A stretch of DNA of 64,000 bases from Utricularia gibba (Eukaryota > Plantae > Magnoliophyta): contig NEEC01000014.1 in the NCBI GenBank assembly GCA_002189035.1, positions 434,001 through 498,000 of the forward strand, in the 5' to 3' direction. Both the position numbers and the translations under genes were made by a program. The notes under the pieces were generated by a model. The model was not told the origin of the DNA. It saw only the letters and a list, made by a program, of their open reading frames with translations, and searched no databases. Of the stretch, positions 38,297 to 54,638 are shown in pieces. The first letter of the stretch is position 1. Each line of letters opens with the position of its first letter.

Positions 38297-40499
38297 ATTA
38301 CGAGACAACCCGATCGATGAGTATTCATGCAAAATACGTATATCGGATGTGTGAGTCGTCTCAAATGCGTCTCAATCTCATGTTGATAGATTACTTGGAT
38401 GTTGGTTACGATATAGACATCTCACTTTGTGCACACCTTGAAGTGTGAGTTTGGGTCGTGATCAATTTTACACGAGAGCATAATTGATCATGAGTTTGAA
38501 ACATGAATTACGAATTTTAATAAAAATAACTCATATTTGATAAGAAAACACGATTCTTTTCAGAGACAAAATGTTTCTTTCATCAAATAGAACCAAAATC
38601 TGACGTGAGAGTTCTGTTGTCTTGCGCAAAGGCTCCAAACCCTTTTGCTTTGGGAAACCGAGTCACGAGTCACCCAGGAGATAAGAAATAAAAGGAGGCG
38701 CGCTTTCTCTTTCTTTATTTTGGCTAAAAGTAAAAGCACGCTTTTTCCCTCAAAGCGTGTTTGCAACACCCACGACTTCACCCATCTGCATGCATGGGAA
38801 TGCCCTACACTGCCCTAACCCAATAGTCTCCCTTTTCATCCCTTTGCTCACGTTTTTGTGTCTCCGACCACTCTTCATCTCGGGCGTCGGAGAAGGTGTC
38901 CTTAAGCCACCAAGTTTTCGGCGACGAGACGACGAGTGAATTCGGTATCGCAAAGTTGTGTAAAGGTGCATGGTTTAGTGGGCGATTGTCACACCAAATT
39001 TGGTATCAAACGTAACCACCACTTTTAGATGCATTTGGCGTTAATACAACACATGAGAAATGAAAAAAACTTAGATGGAAAGTGGAAAGGGAGTGGGTGG
39101 CTTCTTGGTAAGCTTCCAACGCTGAATCTGGTTTGGATCCCACCTTCGGCCGGCCATATGCTCCAACACTTTTTAGAAAGATTGGATCCATCATTGAAAC
39201 GAGATCGACCCGATTCGAACGAACACGAAAATATTTATATCTTACTTCCAATGATCAAAATTGAGAGTTGAACCCAATAGAGTTGAAATTTATATGATTT
39301 TTGAAATTGAGGTCTTGTTAAATTGTTGGTTTTTGTCTTCTCCCTCCTTCTTCATCAAGTTCCTAAATTTAAAAGTATTGTTGTTCCGAAATATTGAAAA
39401 ATAGATTCATTTTTTATATTTTTAAAAAAAACTGTTTGTGATTTATTTTTAATTTTTTAATTTGAGATAAGATGTATTAGTTGTCGTTCATTGTGTTTTG
39501 GTTAGAAGAAGGTTACCTTACCTTAGAGAGAATCTTATTTAGCTAGAAAAGTTATGAAATTCAGTGGGCTACTTGTCTGGGCCTACACATAGTGTACGTA
39601 CTTGCCAAGGCCCATTTCTGTATGGGCTATTTGGCCGAATGTGTCGGCGCCGATGGCTGATTTACAGAACACGGCGCCACTATTTCCATTCCCAAGAATC
39701 GATCACCATGGCTCACGACTCCTTCACTTGGCAAGATTTGTTTTGGATGAAGGCCTGGAATCCACGGCGGATGAATTTCAAGTGTGTTACGCTGGTTGAT
39801 CGCCGTGGAGTTCAGTCATTCAGTCTAGAGGAAACCCTGCCCGTGGGTCATGATCGTAGGATGATAGTGCTGTAGAGAATCTGATGGAGAGCTTGGAGGT
39901 TATAATGAAAATCAGTGAGAATAATTTTGATATTGTTAAAGCAGGTCTAATTGCAACCTTGGAGGTTATTTCTGTTAATCATATGTACATAAAAGCTGGG
40001 GTTCCAACTCCTTTAGCGAGTTTTTCCTCGTGGATGCTGTTGTTTGACAGATGATCTAAGCTTCTTGATTTGCAAATGGCTAAGCGGGTATGATTTGCAC
40101 GAGGGATTTTTCATGAATAGTCAACCATCACAGGCTGAGGCGGGATTACAGTTGCCATCAACGGTAGAGAATCAATGAGGAATGTGTTCCAGTATGGAGA
40201 GACATGACTTGTGATGTAATGGAGTTTTTTCAGGGCTTACTTGGACGGTTTATGAGTTTTTTCTGGGACTTAGAATTGGAAGGAATCAGAAAGAGTTGGG
40301 ATGTTCGAGGATTGAAGCTGATACTGCTTTTTGTTGCCTTTGTGGTAATTGGATATGCTAGTACTTTTTGTTGGTCCTTTTCGTTTTAGTTTCTAGAAAG
40401 GCATGACGTATTTAGTTGGATTTTGGTTACCTTAGCTGACTTTCAGGAGGCCTTGTGAATCGATAGTTGCATGTGACAAATAGTGTGAATGAATCTCTT

Positions 40500-41200
40500 C
40501 CGTGTTCATCCATTATGCTGATTTTAAATTGCAAAAGTTTTTCTTGCGTAACTTTCATGAAAAGGCTAAGAAAGATGAAGGATTGGCTTTGCGATTCTTC
40601 CAAATTACAGAAAAAGTCCCTCTTGGAGATGGATGTCTCTGTGCCCGGTCGTTGATGACCGCAGCTAATGATTCCAATCTATGGTGGTCCTTATTGAGGC
40701 AAGCTATCATTGAAAGTAGTAGAGTACTTGCTAATCCGAAAATCCTATCCTCGACAATGGATGCACGATATAACAGAGACAAGGGAATCCCATGCCTCTG
40801 TTTATTCCCAAGGAAAAACTTCTAACTCTTCTTTGTAGCCATAATGATGCAATGCCACCAACTGACTGATGCCACCTTTTCAACATCTGAGAATTTTGTG
40901 GAGCATAATTCTCTAGGGATGGTGTTTACCTGGAGGGGATTAACTGATACCAGAACAGTGGAAACTTATTGAGTTCGGATGGATGGAGCTTCTGGTTCAA
41001 AAACCAGACGCTTGCACAAGGATTTCGAAGGCACTTGTGTACATATATCCCATCTGCGTGTGCTTATCATACCATGGGCAACATAACGTTGGTGTTGTGT
41101 CCGTTTCATGAAATTGAAGTGAAAGAATCTTCCACTTTTTGGGATGCAGTCTTTGATGTTATGAGATGGCCATAGTGTACCTCCAAGTTGCTGCCTTTCT
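40500..41200 (+). mobile_element. Degenerate L1-like LINE remnant (endonuclease region)
   Basis: Stop-riddled frames retain L1-endonuclease-like pieces in the expected order: DSNLWWSL, FVEHNSLGMVFTWRG...VRMDGA (compare FTW...RLDRA), and PFHEIE...FWDAV...W. It lies inside the only multi-kb gene-free stretch. Confidence 0.45.
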
Positions 41201-42111
41201 TGTCATGTCCTTTTCCAATGTCGTTTTGTTGGCTCAGGTGAAGAAGAGGATTTAGGTCCCCACCACCATGGCTTGGGAGTTGTGGTCCAGATACCAAGGC
41301 CCTAAACAGGATTGCACTTGAACATCGTTTGGTTCAAGTACAAATTCTTTCCCACTCCTCTTTTTTTGACCCAAACCCTGATCATGATCACTTTAATCCG
41401 GGCTTTCGGTCTGGTTCGAATCGATCAAACCCCGGGTTGAACTCTTGAACCGGTCTAAAATTTGAACCCCTTAAATTGGAGGTTGAATACTATTTAACAA
41501 GAGGAATATTTCGAAAAATTTTTGGAATTTTTTTTTCAGATATTCGGTATCTAGTTTTACAATTATCAAGAATACATATAATTTATTTCTACTTATATTA
41601 TTTATTTGTGCAAAAATAAAAATAGATACTAAAAATTTTCGAGATTGAAGATCAAGGCAATGGTAGGATCAATTTTCGCAGGCTACGTGATGTGTATATA
41701 AAAGGAACCAGTAACGGTAAGAAATGAGGGGCAACGACGTGAATATGCAATTGATGTGATGGAAAGTAAGGGGAAGAAAAAACTGCTGTAAAATCGGGGC
41801 CATGCGACGTTCCAATTGAGATATCGGCAACCGCCGATGGCTGTTCCGGGGATCGAAGGCCGCCGCCTTCAAGGGAAGAATTGGTCCCCTGCGGACAAAT
41901 TTCATCGGGACCAAAACATATCTCCACAATCCAAGCCGCATTTCCTGCAAAAAGCTGTTTCTGGGGAATAACGAATCCCCACTTGCCCTGTCGTCTCTGA
42001 AGCAAGCGTATGCGTTTCAAAATTTATCGCGATAATCGCCGCGGTTGTTCGGGTTTTCTGTTGCGTGTGTGTGTTTTTTTTCTGAGTGATGCGGATCTTA
42101 GTTCTGTTGAT

Positions 42112-45100
42112 ATGTATCCGTTGTTCTACGTTTTGCCGGTGATAATGCATAACAACTCTGACATTCAACCGCCTCCGCCTACCGATCCGCCAAGTCGTTT
42201 GAATCCGTCATCGTCTCTTGCTGCCATTGTTAACATGAACCATGATAGCCAAAACCATCAAGGCCGTGATCTCAAGATCAATGATATTGTGGGTACTGGA
42301 GTTTCTGGGATTTTGTACAAATGGGTGAATTATGGAAAGGGATGGAGGCCGAGGTGGTTCGTTTTGCATGACGGAGTCCTGAGTTATTATAAGATCCACG
42401 GGCCGGATAAAATTGTTCTCAGTGAGGAGACTGGTAAAGGATCCAGAGTTATTGGTGACGACTTTATAAGGCGAGTTTCTAAACGTCATACGACTCATCA
42501 TCACCATAGGAATGGGAACAGTGTGTCATCCAGGAATCCAGTCGGTGAAATTCATTTAAAGGTTGAACTTTCCTTTCAGATGCTTTAGTAGTGCCTTCCT
42601 CTCTAGATTTTGCTTATTCTGTGCGGTTGATAGGATGATAATTCATGTTAACCATGGTTTTTGGATGTTGATTGCCTGATGACCTTATGAATTAACATTG
42701 GGCCGGTCCTCTGTAGGTTTCATCTATCCGTGAAAGTAGATCTGAAGATAGGAGATTCTCAATTTTTACTGGCACAAAAACACTTCGTTTGAGGGCTGAG
42801 AGTCGTGAGCACAGAGTGGCATGGGTGGAAGCCTTACAAGCTGTGAAGGACATGTTTCCAAGGATTTCAAACACCGAGTTGGTGGCTCCCGTAGACAGTA
42901 CATCCTTCTCTACTGAAAGGTTGAGGCTTAGATTGTTGGAAGAAGGCTTGAGTGAAACTGCTATTAAGGATACAGAGCAGATCATGAAGAGCGAGTTTGC
43001 ATCATTGCAAAACCAGTTGTCCATACTGAAGCAGAAGTATTGGCTCTTGATGGACACCCTTCGTCAGCTTGAGGTACATCCTGAGACAGGTTGAACAGGT
43101 TTTCTGGGTCTTCAAGAGATTATTTTGAGTATTATTTAGGGAACTTTTATCATGGTTCAGTTTTACAAATTGTTCGTTTATTCCCTGGGATGTTTCATCT
43201 GTAGTTTCTTTGTGAGTATTCACTAGTTAAATTTAGTCATAATCTTTTGATAGACAGAAAAGGTGGATTTGGAAAACACTGTTGTTGATGAAAGCCAGAA
43301 GCAATTACTAAATATTGGAGCGTTAAGTACAGGAAGGCAAGATAAGTCCAGTGGTAATGCCTGCCTCATGCATATTTGGTTTTTGCGCCTTGTATAATTT
43401 GTTATACGCTCCAAACTGAACATTTTTTTTACCAAGATACATATACTTTTGGACTACTGCAATGTATTCTGTGTAATGTTTATCTAGTATGGAGCATTAT
43501 GACATTTGCCATCTGGTTTTTGTTTTTCGTAAGTACATAAATCATTTTTCTTGTTTTTATAGAAAGTGCAAGTGACTCTGAAGATGAGAATGAAAGGGTG
43601 GATGCAGCTGAGGAAGATACTGATGAGGAAGACAATACATTTTTTGACACCCGGGATTTCCTCTCGTCCGCTTCTGTTCAAAGCAATGGTTCTGAGGCTG
43701 GAGCATCATCTTTTTCATCGGATGATGATGAATCTTATGATCTCGATTCGAAGGATAGTGTTGATCCTTCCATTAGCCATGTGGGGAAACACTTTCCACA
43801 TGTAAAACGCCGTCAAAGATTGCCAACTCCTATTGAGACTGAGAAAGGAGTGAGCTTATGGTCAATGATTAAAGATAACATAGGGAAGGATCTTACAAGA
43901 GTATGTCTTCCAGTCTACTTCAATGAGCCTCTTTCGTCTCTCCAGAAATGTTTTGAAGATTTGGAATACTCTTATCTTCTTGATCGGGCCCATGAATGGG
44001 GGAAAAGAGTAAGCTGGCATCTTTCAAGCGTGTGCTTTAGTTTCATATGAACTCGTGTATTTTTCTTGAAAAATTTTATTTGATAGTGTCTGATCCATTC
44101 TTATTTTCTTGGTCAGGGTAACAGCTTAATGAGAATTCTGAATGTGGCCGCATTTGCTGTATCTGGATATGCATCTACTGATGGAAGAATATGCAAACCA
44201 TTCAATCCTTTGCTAGGGGAGACCTATGAAGCTGACTATCCAGATAAGGGTTTGCGGTTCTTCTCTGAGAAGGTTCTCGTTTGTACCAATTTCGTTTATG
44301 AAACAGACTTTCACTCTGTTTCAACACAAATTTAAGTACTCTGCATTTGTTTTGGCTCCTTTGGGTGTACTGAGTACCATGAGCTGGTGACTTTTTGCTT
44401 TTGCTTAGGTGAGCCACCATCCCATGGTTGTGGCATGTCATTGTGAGGGCACTGGCTGGAAGTTCTATGCAGATAGTAACCTCAAAAGCAAATTTCGGGG
44501 GCGTTCTATTCAGCTTGATCCTGTGGGTGTTTTGACTCTTGAGTTTGATGATGGAGAAGTCTTTAAATGGAGCAAGGTATTACAAAGTTTGAAACTCTTC
44601 TGCAAATGCAATCGCTTACAAACAACTCTTCATCAGGTAACAACATCCATATACAACCTCATTCTTGGGAAATTGTACTGCGATCACTACGGCACCATGG
44701 TGATACAAGGAAACGGTAACTACTCTTGCAAACTGAAATTCAAGGAGCAGTCTATCATTGACAGAAACCCGCATCAGGTACTCTTCTCCCATCCTTTAGA
44801 CCGGCCCTGAGCTACAAAAAACCCCTGTAAAGATGCCTGGAGAAACGGCATTTTTTTTTCCTTGCAGGTGCAAGGGGTGATCCAAGATAAGAGTGGGAAG
44901 GTTGCGGCTACATGTTTCGGGAAGTGGGATGAGAGCATGCATTTTGTCTATGGAGAACACTCCTCGAAGACTAAAGATCACGAATCTTTAGCTGATTCTC
45001 ATCTGCTATGGAGGCGTAACAAGCCCCGAAGTTCCCCACCCGTTACAATTTGACACGGTTTGCCATCAGCATGAACGAGCTTAACCCTGGACTAAAGGTG

Positions 45101-45540
45101 AGTGATGATTCCATGAAGCATCTTTCGATTGCTTTGCTTCTTCTGCTCCAGGATCATGGGCCTCAGTGCACTCTCTCCTTTTTTTTTTTTTTCAGGAAAA
45201 GCTACCCCCTACAGATTCAAGACTGAGGCCCGACCAGCGGTGCTTGGAGAACGGCCACTACGAGAAGGCGAACGCTGAGAAACTCCGACTGGAGCAGCGG
45301 CAGCGCCAGGTAAACACGAGCGTCAGTTGTTCACCGAGTAGCTGAATGTCGACCTGTGTACTCATCCATCCATTCAAGCAGGCGAAGAGGATGCAAGAGC
45401 AGGGATGGAAACCGCGGTGGTTTGCAAAGGACAAGGCATCGGATGCATATCGTTACGTTGGCGGGTACTGGGAAGCGCGGGAGCAGGGGAAGTGGGAAGC
45501 CTGCCCGGACATCTTTGGAGACCTCACTCCACAGGAATGA
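42112..45540 (+). CDS. Oxysterol-binding protein-related protein (PH + OSBP domains, ORP1/2 type); one frameshift as assembled
   Basis: PH domain [21 protein letters not shown]; [29 protein letters not shown]; [12 protein letters not shown]; EKVSHHP signature; [12 protein letters not shown]; [12 protein letters not shown]. There is a frame break at the C4 run 45024-45027. Confidence 0.95.
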
Positions 45541-45896
45541 GAATGTGAGTGAGAAGATCCACAGTCTGTTCGTTTACACGTTTGAAATTAGGAGACAGAC
45601 AACTAACAAACATTCGTTATCCTGGACCCCACCCAAGTCATTATTATAAAGAAAGCATCAAGATTCTTTTTTAGCGTTATTTGGAAAAGCAAACCGTTCC
45701 GATTGAAATTGAATTTAATTTATATGACTCAAGTTGAGTGTAAGTTAATGGCAACAAATCTAATTCGATCTATTTTTTTAATTATATAAATATTTAAATA
45801 ATTATAACGATAAAAAATTATGTTCTATATATATATATTTTTACAAAATTTTTTGATTTTGAAATCCAACCCGATAAGGACAGTGAGAAAAAGTAC

Positions 45897-45977
45897 TGTT
45901 GAGTGTGGGATTCGAACCCACGCCCTTTCGGACCAGAACCTTAACCTGGCGCCTTAGACCAACTCGGCCAACTCAAC
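45897..45977 (-). tRNA. tRNA-Leu (anticodon AAG)
   Basis: GTTGAGTTGGCCGAGTTGGTCTAAGGCGCCAGGTTAAGGTTCTGGTCCGAAAGGGCGTGGGTTCGAATCCCACACTCAACA folds into a type-II cloverleaf with a variable arm. A T5 Pol III terminator follows at about 45888-45892. Confidence 0.98.
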
Positions 45978-46082
45978 GATTGATGATGGTGAGCTGTACA
46001 ATACATATATATTCTCATCTTAGTGGCTCTAAATCTATTCTACACCGCAATGACCGAGAGGTTCCTTGCCGGCGTAGAATCA

Positions 46083-48759
<2,677 letters not shown>

Positions 48760-49007
48760 TAGGGTCGGATGTGATTCTCATGTGGGCCGGTCATCGTGGA
48801 ACAATGTGTAGTGTAAAAATGGCTTAGCTTAGATGCACAATATTTTCCTGTGGTGTTTGAAGGCTTAATGATCACTATAACTGAATTTGCAGATTGACAA
48901 TACTTGACTTATCTGTCTGTCCCTTATGAATGCATTACATCAGATCTATAAACTAAAATTTCTAATGAAATTTCCAGAAATAAAAATGCCATTTACAGTC
49001 TGATTCA

Positions 49008-51126
49008 TCAATCCTCAACTGGTAAAGGAAGACTATCACTATCAACAACAGCTTCTCCGCTCTTGGTTGTGCTTTCAGGTACCTCAGAGATCTGCTGTTG
49101 AGGATGGGATCGCAATGGCGAACCTCTTGCCAAACAGACGTACTTGACAACCAGCTGCTTGTAACTGTTGAGTAGATCTTCAACGTCATTGATGGTGAGA
49201 TCTCCAGCTCGGCTGTAGAAGTAAGGGAAATCAATGAGAGTTCGGTTCTTATTTTCCTCTCTCAACAACTCAGCTGCTCCCTTCTCCTCTAGGTCTGAAA
49301 CTGATACATGATCTTTCCCATACTCCTTCAGTGACCTCGAATCTTCGGATTCAGTGGAGGACTTCGGCTGTGTGGCTTCCTGCTGATGCTTTGTGGAGTC
49401 AACGGCATGCTTGGGTTCCGCAGGCTCTGAACTGGAAACATTCAGAAGATCTTGATCTGCTTGGCTACTGTAGTTCCCTGAAGTGTCCAAGAGCAGTCCA
49501 GAAAGAAGGGACTGAGACGATTCCATGTTCCTCTGGAACTCTTCTTCGTCCATTGAGAGAGCCTTTGCATTGATGTTGGAGAGGAATGATTCTGCTGAAA
49601 GCATGTTCGTAAAGAAATAAGCGGCTTCAGACACCAAACGTGTTTCACGTCTAAACCTTTGTATGTAAGCCAGGTTTGAGTGCAACTGAGGCGGGTTTGC
49701 CTGCTCCAGCCATACCCAGAGACAATCAAAACAGAGAAAACATCAACCCATGATGAGACAAATTGAATCAAAATCAGTCTGGAGGATAATGCATCTTGCA
49801 AAATCAGCACATTGAGTCTTAGGTCTGAATAAACAGTTAGCCACAAAAAAAAAAAAAAAAACTACCTTTATAGTGACATATATGAGCACTGGGAGGAACT
49901 CATCAGCACCAGGATGATCTTCATTTGAGGCAATGGATGCATTCAGCAATAAGTTATTTATGACCTTGCAACAGCTTAATATGCAGACAAGTTTGTCTCT
50001 TGGTGCCTTGTACATGTTAATCTTTTGAAGCTCTTTTTGGGCAAGCTGCAATTACAGGAGCAGATTCTAATCAGGGGTTCCATGAAAACTCATCACTTCC
50101 CTACATAAATCTAAAAAGAGTTCGAAACATAATCTGTTTCCACTAGACAGAATAGATGAGGATTCATTCCATTCACTCACCAACCATGAGCCTTCATTTT
50201 GATATGTTGGCTTGATATCCAAGTGCTCAGGCCTCACAAACTGCTGCAACAATGAAATCTTATGACTAAGTTCCTTGTCAGATTCAACATCTTCTGGGGT
50301 TGAAGCGAAGACACGACTAAACAACTTCGTCATCACATATTTCTCCAGTCCCTGAAGATTAAGGCGATTGAATACAAAATCATGTTTAATCAGCGTGAAT
50401 CTAAAATAGTGGAGAATAATACACACTTCTCCAGCACTTTCCAACTCTTCCTCTGAAGATCCAGCCCACAGGCTGTGAGCTCTGAATGCTGTTTCCATGT
50501 TTGCAAGAAACTCCTGCACAGATTTGCTATCCCTCTCAGCATCCGGTGCTTGGTTCAAAAATGTCACTATAAAACTGCAAAATTACATATTAGATAAATG
50601 AAATATGCTCAAATTTCAAATTCTGCATTAGAATTTTACATTGCTCATTTAAATGCTAAATCTAGCACGAAACCTACAAAATCTTGTTAAAGAACATAAC
50701 ATAAGATAACAAACACTACAACAACGAAACAGCTTTTAAATCACTACACGACTACGTAATAGTTAATCACTTCTCCGTAGCGTAGCTTATTCAATATACC
50801 CACCATCGGAATTCTTCGACGACGGCAATGCTAACAGCGTGAACTTCCCAATTTCTAATCCAACGCGCCGGTATAAACTAACAAGCCCACAAATTTACTC
50901 AAAGTATACCAAGCGAGCATATACTACAGCTCATTGAAGCTTAAAACTTGGGATCAAAAAGTATAACAGAAAAGGCAGAGTAATTCGGCACGCGCATTGT
51001 TGAAAAACGAAAATACCTTTTGATAGATTTAACAAAGTCGGTGGCCAAGGGGTTGCGCATCCGCTCGAGGAAATCATGCCACGTCAACGGCGCCGTCGAG
51101 GAGCCGAATCCATCAGAGTTCTCCAT
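49008..51126 (-). CDS. VPS9A: Vacuolar protein sorting 9a (Rab5 GEF)
   Basis: TAPLTWHDFLERMR, GLEKYVMTKLF, LAQKELQKINMYKAPRDKLVCILSCCKVINNLL, PGADEFLPVLIYVTIK, SEAAYFFTNMLSAESF. Confidence 0.95.
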
Positions 51127-51927
51127 CGCACGCCGATCAGAACGATGACCGGTCCTCCGTAAAACTGATGAAGAACCACTTCTCCCACAATCTATGATTG
51201 ATTTATTAATTATTTAATATCCTCCCACAAAATACGCCTAATAAATGAATATCAAATAACACGCATTTAAAAATAAAAATTATATGACTTGAGGACTTGG
51301 AAAAGAATAAATGATTAAAAAAATAGAAAAAAATATAATAATTTTTAAATTGGGAAAAACTTGTGCGTCATTTGTATAAACAATTTATAGTTTGTACGAT
51401 TCAATTACGATTTAAATCATGATTGAATTATTTGTTATTTAAAAATATTTTTTAATATTGTACTATGAATAAATATTAAAGCATGATTAATTTATAATTG
51501 AACTATGATCAAATTGTAATGGAATAATTATTTGATCATTTTTTTATATTTTAAAATGATTTGAATTTAATTTAATTATTATATTGAATGATTTATAATT
51601 TAGAACGATTTAATTATAATTGAATCATAATTTTTAAAACATTAGTCTGTTCTCCATGACATGAGTAGCTCTTGTTTTTACATAATCATGGACCAAAGTA
51701 CACCCTTTATACAACATTTTCAACTTATATTATATGGTTTTACGTTTTTGTAAATTCGAAACCTGATTCAGATGGTAGAATTTGTGTGAAATCTGAAATG
51801 AATTTGGATAATCATCATCATCATCATCATCAACAGCCATCAACTGCCTGGAGCTTATACAAAGGTGCTGCTCTCCTTCACTACTAAAATCATCATCTCT
51901 TCCCAGAGCTCTATCTGCAAAACTTAC

Positions 51928-54153
51928 TCAGACCAGCGCATTCCAAAGGGCCTCTTCTCCTTCACCGCAATGTTGATGCACAAACTTCATCTTCTCTACT
52001 GACTTGCAGACTCCACTGCAGCTCCAGTCGAATGTCGCGCTGCATACATTTCCGGCCTGCGCTCTCCATTCGCAGTCTGCGAAATCGAACAAGTTGACCA
52101 CCACGATAAACACAGGGACTGGTTAACTGTTTCAAGATGAATGCAGACCTGGTGGGGTTGCACAGCACATGCTACGATCATCGATGTGCTCCACATCAAG
52201 ACCAATGAACCAAGAGCCGAGTGAGACATCTTCATTAGCATATTTGTGCAGTATTTGCCTGAGTTAGAGAGATTGTGTTACAGAGCTGCTGCAGATTCAC
52301 AAAACAGGGAATTCCTTACTGGTTGATCGAGATGTAGGTGGCTAAATCTTTTGAAATGGCATAAATTTGTCCAGTTGCATGCCTAAAATACTTGTTTCCT
52401 TCCTCTCCGAATTTCCAGAACTCGGGTTCATGATACTTGACATTTCTGGACCAGGGGCTCACGTATCAGGTTAAATGTGGAAAAGAAAACAACTTCTGCA
52501 AAGAACTGTAAGTTGCTCTACTTACTTTTGAGAAAGAACTGGCCCAGATTTCATGCAGCCAATGTACACTCTAGGCTTAGATCTATGGCTAGCTAGAGTG
52601 GCAGCCAGTGTACCTGAATGAAACAAAAGACTTTAGCGCAAATTGCAGAAGTAAGAAAGTGAAAAATGAAGGTCCTAGTTTCTCACCCAAATTGACATGC
52701 ACATCATCATCGACCTTGACATAAAAATCAGCATCCCAGAGAGACACAGCAGTGGCAAAGAATGTCTTTGTCTTTGCAGATAATTCATGGTATCCTTCAA
52801 CATGCTCCTGTAGCAAATATGCACATGTAACAGATGAAGTAAAACACAATTTCTAATTCTTAGCATGAATGCTACTGTAATGCGCATGAATAGGAATATG
52901 CAGTGAACTGTTGCTGTTACCAGTCTGAGGAAGTCCTTGTGTTGAGACTCTTCAGAGTCTAGAGCTCTATCCAGTATGCTGTTTGATGTTGTACTTCATA
53001 TGCAAAAAGCCGTTTGTTGATTAGCTCCATTGAATACACCACAAATCTACTTAATATGCAAGTGGTATTTAAAGGTGATTCACCTATGTCCAATCATAAA
53101 TCTAACAACAATGCCCTTCTCTTTTTCGAGTTTTAGAAGGTCTTCACCTTGCGGCATCCAAGTCTCACGCAAAGAATCACGCCTCTTCCTACCACTGAAT
53201 GCCGTATTTATACCAATAACCATGAAAGCTTTCTTTCTACTGGAAACTTCAGCAGGTATTACAGATGAGACGTCACTTGTTCCTTTATCTTGGGCATTTC
53301 TAGAAACTGAGAGCTCCATTTGCAATGTGGAAATTGATTTGTCCAACAACCTGAAATCCTCAATGCCACCTTAAAAGTAACCATTACTACGAACCTCTTG
53401 AAACCCGGACATGAAAGCAATGAGACTCACTGAATAGCTTCATGCGTCTTGTAAACTTCATTCATCACATCCTTAGCCTTATCTCCTTTCTGAATACAAC
53501 AATCATTAAGACAAAAAGCACAAAAGCTATCCACTGAACAGAAAATGAACAGATACTTCTAGTAAATAGAACTCAAATCTTAGGGGCGGTATAAAGCCAT
53601 ATAAACATTAAGAAAATTCACTGCAAACATGAACTAAATGGCGCAACATGCCGACGGCAGCGAATTTATATAAACCATATAAGCCAAGATTCCATCTGTC
53701 AGGGTCCCCCAAGAGAACAAAGGAAATGAATTAAGCAACGGTATCCACCCCGGCAAGAGAGGAAAGACGGCAGACAGAATCAGAAACTGGGTCAAATTTA
53801 GTAACTAAGGTATTAATTACAGAATCCCCAAAACACATAGTGATGACAATAAATGCAAAAACCTTTCTTTTAGTGGTGCAATCCTCTGCAACGATCTGCC
53901 ATTCTTGCTCCCGTCTCTTCTGAGTTACGAGCATATTGTTAGATTCCAAGGGAACCCAGATTCTACAACTCGCAGATCAGGAAAACCCCTTTGAGTTCAC
54001 AACCGTTACATGATCAAAAAGGTGCGAAAAAGAGAAAAAGAAATCGTCAACTTGCACATACTTGCTGGTAAAAACCATGCCAGTCGCGAAGAAAAAAATG
54101 GACAATAGGGGAATCCATTTCGCAGACACCTTCCCACCGCTTCTACTCTTCAT
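51928..54153 (-). CDS. Beta-1,3-galactosyltransferase (CAZy GT31, DUF4094 + Galactosyl_T)
   Basis: N-terminal TM anchor, [82 protein letters not shown]. Confidence 0.95.
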
Positions 54154-54638
54154 CCCTCGTCCACGCCTCACAGAATTCGAACCAAAGCCTAATTTTGAAC
54201 TCAATTGGCGACGCCAACTCCAGGCGACAAAGGGATGTCTCTGTTCCTACGATGCGCGTTTCGTGACGAAGAGAAGGGTTTAACCAACTATCTTACACAT
54301 ACTTTTCTCATGCTTGCCTCCGTGTTGACATTGACGAAGCTCTCTGGGTGCTGTCAGCTGTGTTGTCGTCTTCAAGCGATCAATTGTAGCCTTAACGCGC
54401 AGTTAAATCGATCGTAATTCCTAAATATAGAGGAATGAAAATACAAAAAATAAAAAAAATTCGTTATTATTATTATATTATACATTAATATATTATAGTA
54501 ATTTATAATAATTTATCTGAAATATAAAATTTTAATATACTCCAGGCAAGCTTCCAAAATCTGGATGCATCTGTTCAGATGATGAGCTCCTCATAAGCGT
54601 CCACGTGTCGGACACACGGACCGAGTCCGAGAATTTTG

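Noticed and set aside
38990-39012. TGGTATCA resembling an LTR-retrotransposon tRNA-Met primer-binding site
   Set aside because: Only an 8-nt match, with no adjacent TG...CA LTR end, second LTR or gag/pol remnants.
51396-51628. AT-rich segment with weak terminal inverted similarity (possible MITE)
   Set aside because: The imperfect ~14-bp match in >85% AT sequence with no TSD is indistinguishable from chance by eye.
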